Source of the DNA: an uncultured Planctomycetaceae bacterium
GTDB taxonomy: Bacteria > Planctomycetota > Planctomycetia > Planctomycetales > Planctomycetaceae
Reading direction: 5' to 3'
Assembly: GCA_963976765.1 (NCBI GenBank)
Contig: CAXBME010000003.1
Coordinates: 310,001 to 374,000 of the forward strand
DNA length: 64,000 nt
The notes under the pieces are model-generated. The model was not told where the DNA came from and did no database searches. It saw only the letters and a list, made by a program, of their open reading frames with translations. Positions 19,838-31,257 of this stretch are shown here, in pieces; the first letter of the stretch is position 1; each line of letters opens with the position of its first letter. The position numbers and the translations under genes were made by a program.

Positions 19838-21388
19838 TCAGTCGCCCTGGAATTCAAGCTGGCGGACACTCGGAAGGTTGTCAACCAGCTTCCAGCCAGT
19901 GCGGGTCATCTCGGCGACGGTCTCGGCGCGCAGCCTCTTCAGCCTATCCTGATGTTTCGCTGCGAGGGCCAGGTTGATCAGTTCGTCAGGGTCGGCGGAG
20001 ATGTCGTACAGCTCTTCGATTTCGTTTTCGACGAGCGTGCGGATGTACTTGTACTGGCCTTTGCGAATCATCACGTACCAGGGAATTCCGTTCAGCTCGG
20101 AGATCGCTTTGTCAGTGGGAATCGTGTGGGTGTCGGAGCCGTAAGCGCGACCGGTGAAGGTTGTCATCGAAGGATGTTTCCAGTCGTGTTTCGGATCCTT
20201 CAGCAGCGGCGTCAGGTCGTGTCCATGCATCTTCCACGGCATCTCCAGACCGGCAAACGAAAAGAACGTTGGAACCAGGTCCACGCCCGAGACCGGATGC
20301 TCGCACACTTTTCCTTCCGGAAGTCTGCTCGGCATGGAGACGATCAACGGTGAGCGGATGTTGGCGTCGTACGGCGCGAGCTTCGTCTTGAAGCCGTGCT
20401 GTCCCCAGGCAAACCCCTGGTCGGACGTGAAGACGATCAGCGTGTTGTCGTACTCGCCTGATTCTTCCAAAGCGGAGACCAGCCGACCGACCGCGTCGTC
20501 CAGCGCGAGCACTCCCTGGTGATACTGCCTGACCCAGCCGTTCAGTGAGTTGCCGTGAATGCTCGTTGCGTTGGCGACGGTCCGGCCTCCAAAGCGACCG
20601 CCCTTCATTTGAGGCTGGCCGTCAGACCCCAGCTCCCAGAAATCGATCTTCTGCATATAAGCCGGTTTGCCGGGGCGCGGCGGGAAAATGTCCTTTGGGA
20701 TCGGAACCTGCGCATCGGGATACGCATCCCGATAACGATGCGGCGGAGTAAACGGCCCGTGGACGGCTCCGTAACAGACCCACAGGTACCAGGGTTTGTC
20801 AGGGTCGCGGTTCTCGCCGCGAATGAAATCTTCGGCCCAGTTGGTGTAATTGTCCGTCGAGTACCCTTTGACAAGCTCCGGCTCGCCGCCGTTGGTCTCG
20901 ATCAACTGGTCATAGAAGTAGTGCCCCGAATTCTCCGGGTAGCGAGGCCGGTTCCAGACCTTCTGAAAGTCCCAGTCGCGATTCGCTCCCGTGTCAGTCC
21001 CCGTATGCCACTTGCCGAGCTGGCAGGTGGTGTAACCGTTTTCGCGGAACGTCTTTGGCCAGAAGGGTGCCTTTTCAGGATCGTACTCGCTGCCGGGATA
21101 CTCACCTTCCATCCGCATCGACTCGACGCCGAACTGATGATGCCCGGTCAGCAGCGTCGCGCGACTCGGCATGCACCACGTCCCGATAAAAGCATGAGCA
21201 AACCGGACTCCGCGAGCGGCCAGGCGATCGATGTTTGGAGTCTTGACCCACTTCCAGGCTTCCGGGTAGCAGCTGACCGATCGGTGCGAATGGTCGTCGG
21301 TGTAAATGACAAGAATGTTCGGGCGATCGTCGGCGGCGAACGATGGTCGCACAAAGACCACCAGCATCAAAATTACCAGTAGAAACAT
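19838..21388 (-). CDS. Sulfatase (formylglycine-dependent, Cys-type)
   Basis: PNILVIYTDD, CMPSRATLLTG, GKWH, FTSDQG, ELYD; start uncertain (ORF open to 21553). Confidence 0.92.
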   Translation of the reverse strand: MFLLVILMLVVFVRPSFAADDRPNILVIYTDDHSHRSVSCYPEAWKWVKTPNIDRLAARGVRFAHAFIGTWCMPSRATLLTGHHQFGVESMRMEGEYPGSEYDPEKAPFWPKTFRENGYTTCQLGKWHTGTDTGANRDWDFQKVWNRPRYPENSGHYFYDQLIETNGGEPELVKGYSTDNYTNWAEDFIRGENRDPDKPWYLWVCYGAVHGPFTPPHRYRDAYPDAQVPIPKDIFPPRPGKPAYMQKIDFWELGSDGQPQMKGGRFGGRTVANATSIHGNSLNGWVRQYHQGVLALDDAVGRLVSALEESGEYDNTLIVFTSDQGFAWGQHGFKTKLAPYDANIRSPLIVSMPSRLPEGKVCEHPVSGVDLVPTFFSFAGLEMPWKMHGHDLTPLLKDPKHDWKHPSMTTFTGRAYGSDTHTIPTDKAISELNGIPWYVMIRKGQYKYIRTLVENEIEELYDISADPDELINLALAAKHQDRLKRLRAETVAEMTRTGWKLVDNLPSVRQLEFQGD

Positions 21389-21758
21389 CGACGCCGAGCG
21401 GTACCGACCGCAACGGGTTCGACCGACCGCTCGGAATAAAACATGCGAGACGCACCAGTGTACTGTTTGCAGTGCAGAACGAATCCGGATCACGTTGCAT
21501 CTCCTGAGTTCAATCGACGGCAAAGCGTGGCCACATCTGATCTTGTGACGCAAATCGAGCCAGCACTATAACGCCTCGACTTTGAGCTGCCAGGATGCCT
21601 CTATCTCTGACGGTACTAATCGCAGAGCACGCTGGAGAGTAAACACAGAGGCAACTGAAGAGACTCTTTGCTGGTTGCGAACTACGCGACTTCCACTCTG
21701 CCCCCTCTGCGATTCTTAAGTCAGTTCACGCTTAACAAAGAAACAATTGCATCTGCAC

Positions 21759-23105
21759 ATGCTCGATTCAACCAAGCAATCGCCTATCAGGAAGCAACCG
21801 CGCCGGCTGTCTCCGCTTTCTCTGAAGGTGAATTTCGCGTGGACATTTCTGAGCAACGTTCTCGTCGCAGTCTGTCAGCTAGGTCTGATGGCCTTGCTGT
21901 TGAACCAGGCGGGCGACGAAGCAACCGGGCAGTACATCATTGCTCTGGCAATTTCTGCCCCCATCTTCATGTTTGCCGGCCTTGACCTGCGGACGCTCCA
22001 GGCCACCGACAGTAACGGCGAGGTACGGTTTATTGAGTACCTCGGCCTGCGTTTGATCTGCGGCTGCCTCGCGCTGTCACTTGTGCCGGTGATCGCTCTC
22101 GCGCTGGGATATCGAGGTGACACACTCGCCGTCATTACTGCCGTCGGTCTCGGACGATTCTTCCTGCTGATCGGCGATACGTTCAACGGGCTGATGCAGC
22201 AATCCGAGCGCATGGACCGAGTCGCTCACTCGATCGTCCTTAAAGGAATTCTTTCGTCGGTGGTGCTCGGAGCAACGTTTCTAGCAACCAGAAGTCTGAT
22301 CGCCGCAGTCTTTGCCGAAGCGATGACACGCTTCCTGGTCCTGACATTTTACGACTTGCCACTTGGTCGGCGACTTGCCAGCCAGCATGGCTCGGAAGAA
22401 ATTTCACTCGTCAGTCTGCGAACTGTCGAAGCTGCGCGACTGACAAAGCTGACAACCCGCAGCCTGCCGCTTGCCTTCAAGGTGATGCTTGTTTCACTGG
22501 ACACTCATGTGACCAGGTATTTCGTCTCCGGAATGGGCAGCCTGAGTGCCGTCGGCGTCTTCGGCCCCATCGCTTCCGGAGCCGCCGCCGGGTCAATGGT
22601 CGGTAAGGCGTTGAACCAGTCTGTCTCTGCCAAACTCGGACGCCTGGCCTCGGTCGACGAAGTCCAACCATTCCAGAGCTTCGTCCGAAAACTGCAACTG
22701 TTTTACCTGGCTCTCGGCGTCGCCGGAGTCGGTTTCACGATGCTGGTCGGCGGCCCGCTGCTGGCCTTAGTTCGCCCCGACCTGCTGGCATACCAGACGG
22801 TGCTGACGCTGGTTGTCGTGTCAGTCGCGCTGGATCTTCAGAACGGCATTGTCGACATGTCACTCGTCGCCGCCCGCCGAATTGCTCCGCTCGCTCCCGC
22901 CTGCGGACTCTCCGTAGCGACATCAGCAATCTGCTGCTGGCTTCTGATCCCGGCCTACGGGTTGGAAGGAGCAGCCATCGCCATGATCACCGGTCGAATC
23001 ATGCGAATGGCCACGTTAAATCTGGCGCTGGCGATCGAACCGCAAGACTGCTCAACTCAAGACACGAGCATTGCCTCAGCGGAACCGAGCCGAAAAGCGG
23101 CATGA
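21759..23105 (+). CDS. Polysaccharide flippase (Wzx/MOP superfamily)
   Basis: About 12 TM helices; NFAWTFLSN..., GLMQQSERMD, LIPAYGLEGAAIA. Confidence 0.8.
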   Translation: MLDSTKQSPIRKQPRRLSPLSLKVNFAWTFLSNVLVAVCQLGLMALLLNQAGDEATGQYIIALAISAPIFMFAGLDLRTLQATDSNGEVRFIEYLGLRLICGCLALSLVPVIALALGYRGDTLAVITAVGLGRFFLLIGDTFNGLMQQSERMDRVAHSIVLKGILSSVVLGATFLATRSLIAAVFAEAMTRFLVLTFYDLPLGRRLASQHGSEEISLVSLRTVEAARLTKLTTRSLPLAFKVMLVSLDTHVTRYFVSGMGSLSAVGVFGPIASGAAAGSMVGKALNQSVSAKLGRLASVDEVQPFQSFVRKLQLFYLALGVAGVGFTMLVGGPLLALVRPDLLAYQTVLTLVVVSVALDLQNGIVDMSLVAARRIAPLAPACGLSVATSAICCWLLIPAYGLEGAAIAMITGRIMRMATLNLALAIEPQDCSTQDTSIASAEPSRKAA

Positions 23106-23143
23106 CGTCTGCAGTGAGCCAAGACGTGCCCTGCGCAACTGCA

Positions 23144-23326
23144 TTAGCGCATTCTGCTACTGACGGCACCAAGAAGGATCAAGCCACTCCCGGCAATAGA
23201 CAATAGCGACGCCGCGATGAACCCAAGGCCATCCATTGGATTTTTCGCGAAAAAGAACCACCCGATGCCAAACAGAAGTCCAAGCCCCAAACATCCAAAT
23301 CCAACAATCAGAAGTTTGGTACTCAT
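23144..23326 (-). CDS. Small two-TM hypothetical membrane protein
   Basis: Two clean hydrophobic helices in an otherwise gene-free gap. Confidence 0.45.
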   Translation of the reverse strand: MSTKLLIVGFGCLGLGLLFGIGWFFFAKNPMDGLGFIAASLLSIAGSGLILLGAVSSRMR

Positions 23327-23508
23327 TTGCCAATCCATCGTCTCTGACGATCCACAGCTCGTTGCACAGCGTCTTAGTACACGTCCTACAAATAAAGGAA
23401 AAGGATCGGAATTTCACAGACCCATTGATTGCACACTAAGACACAAAGAGACGCCCTTGGTTTCTTTGCGTCTTATCGCCTTTGCGTAAGAATTCGAATT
23501 TCAATTCC

Positions 23509-24903
23509 CTAAACTGAAGGTGGAACGGCAATTGGCAGGCTGAGCGACTCACCTGGTTCGGCATCCGGATGCAGGTGACCGTTGACTATGTGCAGGACAT
23601 CGTCGTCGTCGTTGAACCTCGCAGCGACGAGTGACTCGACGTCGTCGGTCAGCAGTTTCAGCAGATCCAGAGCGACGCTGACCACATCGTCGTTCAGCTT
23701 GGCGACGCCTCGACGAAGCAGCTTCAAGCCGGCGTCCAGCGTGCCGTTTGGAAGGTCGTCGAACTGCGAAAGAGCAACCGCTGCCTGGCCGGCAGTCGTC
23801 AGGTGCGGATCGTTGATCAGTTTCATGAGTGCTTCCAGAGCCAACTGTTCTTCACCACAGCCCGGTCGAAGTGCGTAGGTCAATGAGCCTCGAACAGCCC
23901 CTTCAGAATCATCCATCAGACGCAGCATTTCCAGGAACGTGTCTGACGTCAGCCTTGGCACGGAGCTTAAAGCGGCCGCCGCCTGTCGACGCACGCTGGC
24001 TTCCCGGTCCCGTAAGAACGGTTCAATGTCGGAAGCCAGTTCTTCAGCAGCGTCCGATCGGCGAACCAACTCACGCAACACGTCGAACTGCTGGGTCTTC
24101 AGTGACGAACTCAGAATCGCTCGAAAGTCGCCCACAGATCGATTCTCCAGAATCAAACCAAAGTCAGCCTTATTAAAAGCGCAGTCACCCGTCTTTGTCA
24201 GGAACTTCAGACTCGGCTTCATCGTGTGAGCGACCTCGCGATCGACCACTTCGGCCCATGCCGGAGCTTCTTCGTTGCGAACCCAGGCGAGCAGAGCGAG
24301 CACGTGTCCGTAATTCGTTGGTGTGAGTACTCCCTTTGTTGCCGTCTCGTCCGGCCCGCAACTGCTGCATCCACCCGAGCCACAACCACCGACTCCGCCG
24401 CGTCGCAGTGAGTTTGCCGCGAAGACTCCCAGCCCATAGCAGGCCGGAACCAGATCAATCGCCCAGGACACATCCTGCGACCTCGCGATTTCTGGAAACT
24501 TCTGACGCACGATCTCGTGACTTATCAGATAAGCCGAAGTCGCCAGCAGTCGATGAGGATCCTGCGGCAGCGATTTTGCCAGGATAATGCGAGCCCCTTC
24601 GCCGGTCCGCTCCGGACCAAGGTACGCTCCGGATGCGCCGCCCAGACTGGCATCCTCGGTCGTTGCCAGTTGAAAGCCTTCATGAGAGATGTCCATCAGG
24701 TAACAAACCTGAGCAAACATCGCCGCCAGTTCCTGGTCACTTCCCGAGCCCATCTGCGGCACGTCCGCATCGCCAGGAGTCAGTATCTTTGCCTGCCGAA
24801 TTCGTTCACCACCGATCCCGGCAGCCAGATCACGAAACCGCCGCTCGATCCAGGCTTTGATTCCAATTTCCAGCGGACATCGTGGCGAGAACAAACCGAA
24901 CAT
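23509..24903 (-). CDS. HEAT-repeat protein with an uncharacterised N-terminal domain
   Basis: C-terminal LRDREASVRRQAAAAL, LMDDSEGAVR and LINDP repeats. Confidence 0.75.
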   Translation of the reverse strand: MFGLFSPRCPLEIGIKAWIERRFRDLAAGIGGERIRQAKILTPGDADVPQMGSGSDQELAAMFAQVCYLMDISHEGFQLATTEDASLGGASGAYLGPERTGEGARIILAKSLPQDPHRLLATSAYLISHEIVRQKFPEIARSQDVSWAIDLVPACYGLGVFAANSLRRGGVGGCGSGGCSSCGPDETATKGVLTPTNYGHVLALLAWVRNEEAPAWAEVVDREVAHTMKPSLKFLTKTGDCAFNKADFGLILENRSVGDFRAILSSSLKTQQFDVLRELVRRSDAAEELASDIEPFLRDREASVRRQAAAALSSVPRLTSDTFLEMLRLMDDSEGAVRGSLTYALRPGCGEEQLALEALMKLINDPHLTTAGQAAVALSQFDDLPNGTLDAGLKLLRRGVAKLNDDVVSVALDLLKLLTDDVESLVAARFNDDDDVLHIVNGHLHPDAEPGESLSLPIAVPPSV

Positions 24904-25099
24904 GAACAACTCCACAAACCCGACGGACGGGAAACAGAAAACCGGTCGATTTCAGAACGAAAACAGGAAAACTCTGCGGCGATATAGTGCGACAGGCCGT
25001 TCCGCTGCAAGACGTGTCGGCACTTCCGCTTTGCCAGTGCTTCACGTTTCAGACAGAGAATGTGTTCAGACAGAGAGTGTGCGAAATTCCGGCCATGCC

Positions 25100-25696
25100 T
25101 CAAACCGGAGCAAAAGCGGCGATCACGAAACCGGACACAATCACCAGCCAGATAATTCCCAGAGCATGCCAGAACCAGGCACAGAATGTGACGCCCCAGG
25201 AATACTCGTGGTCATAACGGTTCGCCAGCCCCTGCAGAAACACAAACACGACGAAGAGCAAAGCGACAATAAAGTGGACTCCGTGCATGAGAGCAAACGC
25301 GAATGCTCCATCACGAAGTCCAATTTCCTGAGCCGCCTTCTGTTGTGGCAGCAGGCGGGAAAGCCCCTGCGTCTGAAATATGACGAAGGCAATTCCGATC
25401 ATCAGAGATTGCAGCATCTGTCGTCGGAACAGACGCTGCCGTTCGCACCGGATGTGAAAGCTGGCCGTCTGCAAGCTCAGACTGCCCAGGATCAGCAGCA
25501 CCGTGCTGACAGCGAAGGCGGGTGGAAATCGAAAGTGACCTTCTGGCTGCGTCAGTGAATCTGTCTGGATCATCAACCAGGCACCGCTTATTGACACGCT
25601 CAACGTTGCCACCGAGAGCAGGAAGAAGCACAGAGCAAGATTGCTTCGCCGCTGCAGAAATCGGCTCAACGTTTTCCCGGACACGGACGTTCCCAT
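25100..25696 (-). CDS. Cytochrome c oxidase subunit III-like membrane protein
   Basis: STVLLILGSLSL, HGVHFIVA, CAWFWHALGIIWL. Confidence 0.8.
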   Translation of the reverse strand: MGTSVSGKTLSRFLQRRSNLALCFFLLSVATLSVSISGAWLMIQTDSLTQPEGHFRFPPAFAVSTVLLILGSLSLQTASFHIRCERQRLFRRQMLQSLMIGIAFVIFQTQGLSRLLPQQKAAQEIGLRDGAFAFALMHGVHFIVALLFVVFVFLQGLANRYDHEYSWGVTFCAWFWHALGIIWLVIVSGFVIAAFAPV

Positions 25697-26122
25697 GATC
25701 AACTCTTGAAATCGTGCGCCTCGATCAGTCTTTGATTGGTGTTGCCGAATTCTCGTCACCCGACTCTGATTTCGGAAGTGACGCACGCCAGTCCTCAGTC
25801 GCTTGCGATGATTATCGACCGACCGATAAAGTCATGGTCTTGTTGCCTTGCTTGCCGGGGCTCCCAAAAGTGCTGTAGCACGATGGCGTTCCGTGCAATC
25901 ACCTTTGATGCGAATCGCACAGCTACTCGGATTTTTCGATACACGACGTTCCATCCTCGGACTGGTTCGACAGCGACCTTCGCTCTGCCTGCCCGTTCAT
26001 TCGCAGTGTTGTCAGCCTCGAAATTCAGGCTCGGCAGACTCTGTTCCACCCGTTGGTTGTGTCTACCCGATTCCCTGGACATCCCGACTCACTCTGCCCA
26101 CCTCTCGATCAAGAAGAAACCG

Positions 26123-27169
26123 ATGATGAACTTCAAAGATCTTTTGACAACGACAGTGTTCCGAAGCGTTCGACGGACCTGCCTGCCCTGCATCGTGTTG
26201 GCAATGACGAGTATTTCAGGACTGGCTGGGGCAGCCGATGACGTGCCGCTGGGACTCAAGCCCGTACCAGTCCCGAAAGACAATCCGCAAACGGCTGAAA
26301 AAATTGCACTGGGCAAGCAGCTTTATTTCGACAAGCGACTTTCGAAAGACAATACGGTGTCGTGTGCAAGCTGCCACGCTCCGGAACTGGGCTTCAGTAA
26401 TGGCGAACGATTCGCCACTGGAGTCGGCGGGGCCAAAGGCGGTCGGAGTGCTCCGAGCGTGATCAATTCGGCTTACTACCGGCAACAGTTCTGGGATGGT
26501 CGTGCAGCTTCACTAGAGGAGCAGGCATTGGGACCGATTGCCAATCCAATCGAAATGGCACTGTCGATTGAAGACGCCGTCGATCGTTTGAACAAAATTT
26601 CTGGTTACAAATCTCAGTTTCAAAAAGTCTTCGGCACAGATGCAAACCCCGACGGAATTGCCAAAGCCATCGCCGCTTACGAACGTACCGTTCTGTCCGG
26701 CAACGCTCCGTTTGACAGGTACAAAGCCGGTGACAAATCGGCACTCTCAGAAGCAGCCGAGCGAGGCCGCAAACTGTTCTTCGGAAAAGCCAACTGCGCC
26801 GCCTGTCATTCAGGCTCGAATTTCGAGGATAACTCGTACCACAACATCGGCATCGGCATGGATGTGAAAGAACCGGACAAGGGACGCGTCGCTGTCAGCA
26901 AACTGGCCGGAGACACCGGAGCGTTCAAAACTCCGACACTGCGAGAGATCGCTCGTACAGCTCCGTACATGCACGACGGAAGCCTGAAGACCCTGGAAGA
27001 AGTTGTTGACCATTACGCCAAAGGCGGGATTGCGAACGAGTGGCTTGATGAGGAAATCTTTGAACTTCGCCTGAATGATCAGGATAAGGCCGACCTGGTC
27101 ACCTTCATGAAAGAGGGACTGGCCAGCCCGGACTATCCGGATCACAAAGCTCCGAAACTGCCCGAGTAA
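26123..27169 (+). CDS. Di-heme cytochrome c peroxidase (bCCP/MauG family)
   Basis: CASCH and CAACH, FWDGRA, NPIEM, FKTPTLR, PYMHDGS. Confidence 0.93.
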   Translation: MMNFKDLLTTTVFRSVRRTCLPCIVLAMTSISGLAGAADDVPLGLKPVPVPKDNPQTAEKIALGKQLYFDKRLSKDNTVSCASCHAPELGFSNGERFATGVGGAKGGRSAPSVINSAYYRQQFWDGRAASLEEQALGPIANPIEMALSIEDAVDRLNKISGYKSQFQKVFGTDANPDGIAKAIAAYERTVLSGNAPFDRYKAGDKSALSEAAERGRKLFFGKANCAACHSGSNFEDNSYHNIGIGMDVKEPDKGRVAVSKLAGDTGAFKTPTLREIARTAPYMHDGSLKTLEEVVDHYAKGGIANEWLDEEIFELRLNDQDKADLVTFMKEGLASPDYPDHKAPKLPE

Positions 27170-27211
27170 CGACATCGCGCTCCTGTTCGAAACTCATTGA
27201 ACTTAAAACTG

Positions 27212-27264
27212 CAGGGTGGGCAGTGCCCACCAGAAATTAAGCGTGGTGGGCAGTGCCCACCCTG
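27212..27264. repeat. REP-like inverted pair
   Basis: CAGGGTGGGCAGTGCCCACC...GGTGGGCAGTGCCCACCCTG. Confidence 0.75.
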
Positions 27265-27289
27265 TTCCCTCCTGAAGAAAGAAATCACC

Positions 27290-28324
27290 ATGCTCAAGAA
27301 TCGATTTGCCGCTCTGTTCGGCAGCCTCGCGATTGCCACTGCAATGAGTGTCGCGGCACAGGCTGCGGGGCCGGAATCCAAAGTTGTCGCCGACGGACTC
27401 GACAACCCGTCGGGGGTCGCCGTTCAACCAGGAACCGGGCACGTCTTCATCGCCAGCCACACCGGTATCCATCGCCTGGACCCGAAGTCAGGCAAGCTGA
27501 CAGCAGAAGTCACCGGTTACCCGGATCCGACTGACGTTTACGGAAAGGGGCCCAAGTATGCGATCGGACCACTGGGTCTGTCGTTTCTCGATCAGAACAC
27601 TCTGGTTGTCGGTGGCGGAAGCCGCGTCGATGGCGAAGAACTGGTCCGAATCTTCAAAGTCGGAGACGAACCGGCTGCCTCACCACAAATGGAAAGCAAG
27701 GCCGCTCAGACGCTCGGTCCGATTCCAGCCAGTGACCAGACAATCAAGGGTGAAGGCAACTTCTACGGGGTCGTTGCGACTCCGACAGGTATCTTCGTCA
27801 CGTGCAATGGCGACGACACCAAAGGCTGGGTTGCTAAAGCTGTTGTGAAAGAAGGAAAAGTCGGGAAGCTCAAACTGACGATCGCGACCAAGGAAGCAAC
27901 TGAAGTTGACGCTCCCGGCCCAATCACCACAACGAAGGCCGGCAAAGGTGTTCTGGTTGGTCAGATTGGTGAAGTGACCGTTCCAGGCGACAGCCTTGTG
28001 ACGATCTACTCGCCCAACGGCAAGATGCAGCGGAATCTGACAACTGGCCTGAACGATGTCGCCGGCCTGGCCTGGAGCCCTGCTGGCAGTCTCTACGCCA
28101 CGGACTTCTCATGGGTCGACGCAAAGGAAGGTGGCCTGTTCTCAGTTTCGCTCGGCAAGAAAGACGCCACCGAAGCAAAGACAAAGAAACTGCTTTCGCT
28201 CGACAAGCCAACAGGTATCGCATTCGACGCTGACGGAAACGCCTATGTCGCCGTCTTTGGTACGGTCGCAGAAGGCAGTGACAAGCCTGCTGGTCAGATT
28301 CTGAAGATTTCCGGTCTGAAATAG
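27290..28324 (+). CDS. Secreted beta-propeller protein (NHL/ScyD-like)
   Basis: Signal peptide; VADGLDNPSGVAV, GLAWSPAGSLY and PTGIAFDADGNAYV blades. Confidence 0.75.
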   Translation: MLKNRFAALFGSLAIATAMSVAAQAAGPESKVVADGLDNPSGVAVQPGTGHVFIASHTGIHRLDPKSGKLTAEVTGYPDPTDVYGKGPKYAIGPLGLSFLDQNTLVVGGGSRVDGEELVRIFKVGDEPAASPQMESKAAQTLGPIPASDQTIKGEGNFYGVVATPTGIFVTCNGDDTKGWVAKAVVKEGKVGKLKLTIATKEATEVDAPGPITTTKAGKGVLVGQIGEVTVPGDSLVTIYSPNGKMQRNLTTGLNDVAGLAWSPAGSLYATDFSWVDAKEGGLFSVSLGKKDATEAKTKKLLSLDKPTGIAFDADGNAYVAVFGTVAEGSDKPAGQILKISGLK

Positions 28325-28367
28325 GCTATCGCCAGGTCGATCACCGAGTACGATGCTGCTCGCATGG

Positions 28368-28400
28368 GCCCGCTCTGAACTCTTCAGAGCGGGCTCTTTT
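28368..28400 (+). terminator. Rho-independent terminator
   Basis: GCCCGCTCTGAA-ctc-TTCAGAGCGGGC followed by TCTTTT. Confidence 0.8.
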
Positions 28401-28697
28401 CGTAGCACGCCCCCCGTTTTCTGCGGCAATTATTCAGTCGTACGGGTCAAACCGGGAACTTTCGAGGTTTCGCTGCATCCATACTAAAGGAGTAAACGCA
28501 GCTCGTGACGAGCTGTCAGTTGCCGTCGTTGCTGACTGAGAAAATCAGTGCAACAGGCGGTGTTGAGAATTTCGACGATTTGCGATTCACCCCGTCAAGT
28601 CCACGTCCTTCCGGTTGAACATCCGGAGCGATTTCGGTGAGATGGGTTTTATAGCTGCTGGAACCCAGCGGCCCAAAATCAGCTATTGGGGATATTG

Positions 28698-31247
28698 ATG
28701 ATGTTGTCTGCATTCTGGTGGAAGAAAACTGTCCGGACTCGCCCTCGCTCAGACCGTCGAGTTCCACTCGCCAGCAGACAAACACCCTCAGCCGCAATCT
28801 CGCGCCTCGCAGTTTCTGAAAAACTGGAAGACAGAACGTTACTTACCGTCAACGCTCTGTTCTTCGGCGGCGAACTCGACATCTTCGCCACCGCTAACGA
28901 CAGCATCACCGTTCGGCCAGATCCCGCGAATTTCTCATTCGTGCAGGTTCTGGGTAACGGTGTTCCCGTTTCATCGGTCGGGTCGGTGCTGACCAGTCAG
29001 ATCTCCCGCCTGCTGATTGACGCTGGCTCTGGCGACAACGTTGTCAATCTTTCCGGCGTGAGTTCCGCATTCTTTCCTTCGCTGACCGGCGTGACTGTCG
29101 ACGGCGGCGATGGCGATGACATCATCATTGGCACGGCAAATCTCAATGACACACTGCGCGGCGAAGATGGTAACGACACTATCACCGCCGGAACGGGCAA
29201 CAACCGTGTCGACGGCGGTGATGGCAATGACGTAATCGACGGTGGGCTGGGCAACGACACGCTCAATGGCGGCAACGGGAACGACAACATTCTTCGAGGC
29301 GGAGGCAACGACCGCATTGATGGCGGCGACGGAAACGACACCCTCGCTGGCGGCGACGGAAACGACACAATCACCGGCGGTAATGGTGCGGACTTCATCG
29401 AAGGTGACGCGACCGGTTTCACAGACACCGGCAATGACTCACTGAACGGAGGATCCGGTGAGGACACGATCCTGGGTCAAGGCGGCAATGACACCATCAA
29501 CGGCGAAGCCAACAGCGATGTGTTAATCGGTGGCGACGGCGACGATGCGATTATCGGCGGCGGTGATCACGACCTCATGCAGGGCGACGCTGGTAACGAT
29601 ACCCTTTCTGGTCAAAGCGGTCGGGACACACTTGAAGGCGGTGATGGCGACGACAATCTGAACGGAGGAACGAATGACGACGTTCTCCGCGGCGACGATG
29701 CTTTTGGGCTGACATCAGGGAACGACACGCTGAACGGAGGCGCTGATGACGACACGATCTTCGGAGGCGGCGGCAACGACAATATTATCGGTGGCGGCGG
29801 CAATGATTCGCTCGACGGAGACGCCGGCCAGGACACGATCAATGGTCAGTCTGGAGCGGACACCATCAACGGAGGTGCAGATGACGATTCACTGCTCGGC
29901 GACACTGGCAACGACCTGATTAACGGTGACGATTCACTGGGACTCGCGTCAGGCAACGACTTCATCAATGGTGGCGGCGACAACGACACCCTGAATGGTG
30001 GAAACGGCGACGACAACATCCTGGGTGGATCCGGCGTCGATATTCTAAACGGAGACGCAGGAGCAGACACTCTCGACGGTCAGGGCGGCTCGGACATCGT
30101 CAACGGCGGATTGGGCGACGACCTGATTATTAGAAGCCTGAGTGGAGCATCGGACACTGTTACCGGAGGAGCTGGTGGTGACGTGCTTGAACTTCGCGGA
30201 GAGTCCAGCAACGACACAGTGACCGTTGGACAAAGCGGAAGCCGGCTGACCGTGACTGAAGGCGGAGGGACGGTCCTCGTCGAAAACGACGTCGAACGAG
30301 TCGTCATCAATGGCGACGCTGGTAACGACACGCTGACCGTCGGCAACGTCAACTCTGTCGCCCCGATGGTACTCGAAATCAATGGCGAGGCCGGAACCGA
30401 TACTCTGTCGGCAAGTGGAGCACTTCTCGGCAGCGTCTTCCTGATCATGGACGGTGGCATCGGTGACGACACGATCACTGGTAGCGCCAGCCGAGACACA
30501 ATTCGAGGTGGAGACGGCGATGACATTATCAACGCCGGAGCAGGCGACGACCGCGTTGAAACGGGAAATGGAAACGACATTGCCATGGGAGAATCAGGCA
30601 ATGACACCATCGACGGCGGCTTTGGCAACGACACGTTAAACGGTGGCTCCGGTGATGATTCCCTGCTCGGCAATTTTGACAATGACTATCTCACCGGCAG
30701 TGTTGGCAATGACACCCTTCGAGGTGGTTTTGGTAATGACTTCCTCAATGGAAACAGCGGCAATGACGTGCTGAACGGCGATGCCGGCGACGACTCCCTG
30801 CTCGGCGGTTCCGGAAATGACTTTGTTTCTGGCGGAACGGGCAACGATCGGATTCGTGGTCACAGCGGCGATGATTCTCTCAAAGGTGATGACGGTGACG
30901 ACGACATTCGTGGTGACTCGGGACAGGACGTCATTCGCGGAGGCGATGGCAATGACGTGGTTGTCGGTGGAGCCGGCAGCGACCTGATCAACGCCGACGA
31001 TGGCGACGACTTCGTCAACGGGAACAGTGGCGACGACGTCATCCTGCTGGGTGACGGTGACGACCGCGCGCTTGGCGGTTCCGGAGCCGACTCAATTCTC
31101 GGAGGCGACGGTGACGACACACTCAACGGCCAGGGTGGTACCGATATTCTGGCAGGAAATCAGGGCTCCGATTCTATCGCTAACCTTGCCGAGCTGAACG
31201 ATAGCCTGACAATCAGCCTCGCAGTTCTTGACGCTCTGAATATTTGA
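28698..31247 (+). CDS. Ca-binding RTX-repeat surface protein with a planctomycete LEPRxLL N-terminal motif
   Basis: [10 protein letters not shown] followed by dozens of GGxGxDx(L/I) nonapeptides in two blocks. Confidence 0.9.
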   Translation: MMLSAFWWKKTVRTRPRSDRRVPLASRQTPSAAISRLAVSEKLEDRTLLTVNALFFGGELDIFATANDSITVRPDPANFSFVQVLGNGVPVSSVGSVLTSQISRLLIDAGSGDNVVNLSGVSSAFFPSLTGVTVDGGDGDDIIIGTANLNDTLRGEDGNDTITAGTGNNRVDGGDGNDVIDGGLGNDTLNGGNGNDNILRGGGNDRIDGGDGNDTLAGGDGNDTITGGNGADFIEGDATGFTDTGNDSLNGGSGEDTILGQGGNDTINGEANSDVLIGGDGDDAIIGGGDHDLMQGDAGNDTLSGQSGRDTLEGGDGDDNLNGGTNDDVLRGDDAFGLTSGNDTLNGGADDDTIFGGGGNDNIIGGGGNDSLDGDAGQDTINGQSGADTINGGADDDSLLGDTGNDLINGDDSLGLASGNDFINGGGDNDTLNGGNGDDNILGGSGVDILNGDAGADTLDGQGGSDIVNGGLGDDLIIRSLSGASDTVTGGAGGDVLELRGESSNDTVTVGQSGSRLTVTEGGGTVLVENDVERVVINGDAGNDTLTVGNVNSVAPMVLEINGEAGTDTLSASGALLGSVFLIMDGGIGDDTITGSASRDTIRGGDGDDIINAGAGDDRVETGNGNDIAMGESGNDTIDGGFGNDTLNGGSGDDSLLGNFDNDYLTGSVGNDTLRGGFGNDFLNGNSGNDVLNGDAGDDSLLGGSGNDFVSGGTGNDRIRGHSGDDSLKGDDGDDDIRGDSGQDVIRGGDGNDVVVGGAGSDLINADDGDDFVNGNSGDDVILLGDGDDRALGGSGADSILGGDGDDTLNGQGGTDILAGNQGSDSIANLAELNDSLTISLAVLDALNI

Positions 31248-31257
31248 AACGGCGACT

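Noticed and set aside
29090..31170. Highly repetitive DNA as a possible CRISPR or tandem array
   Set aside because: The repeats are degenerate 27-nt coding units of RTX nonapeptides, with no identical repeats separated by unique spacers.
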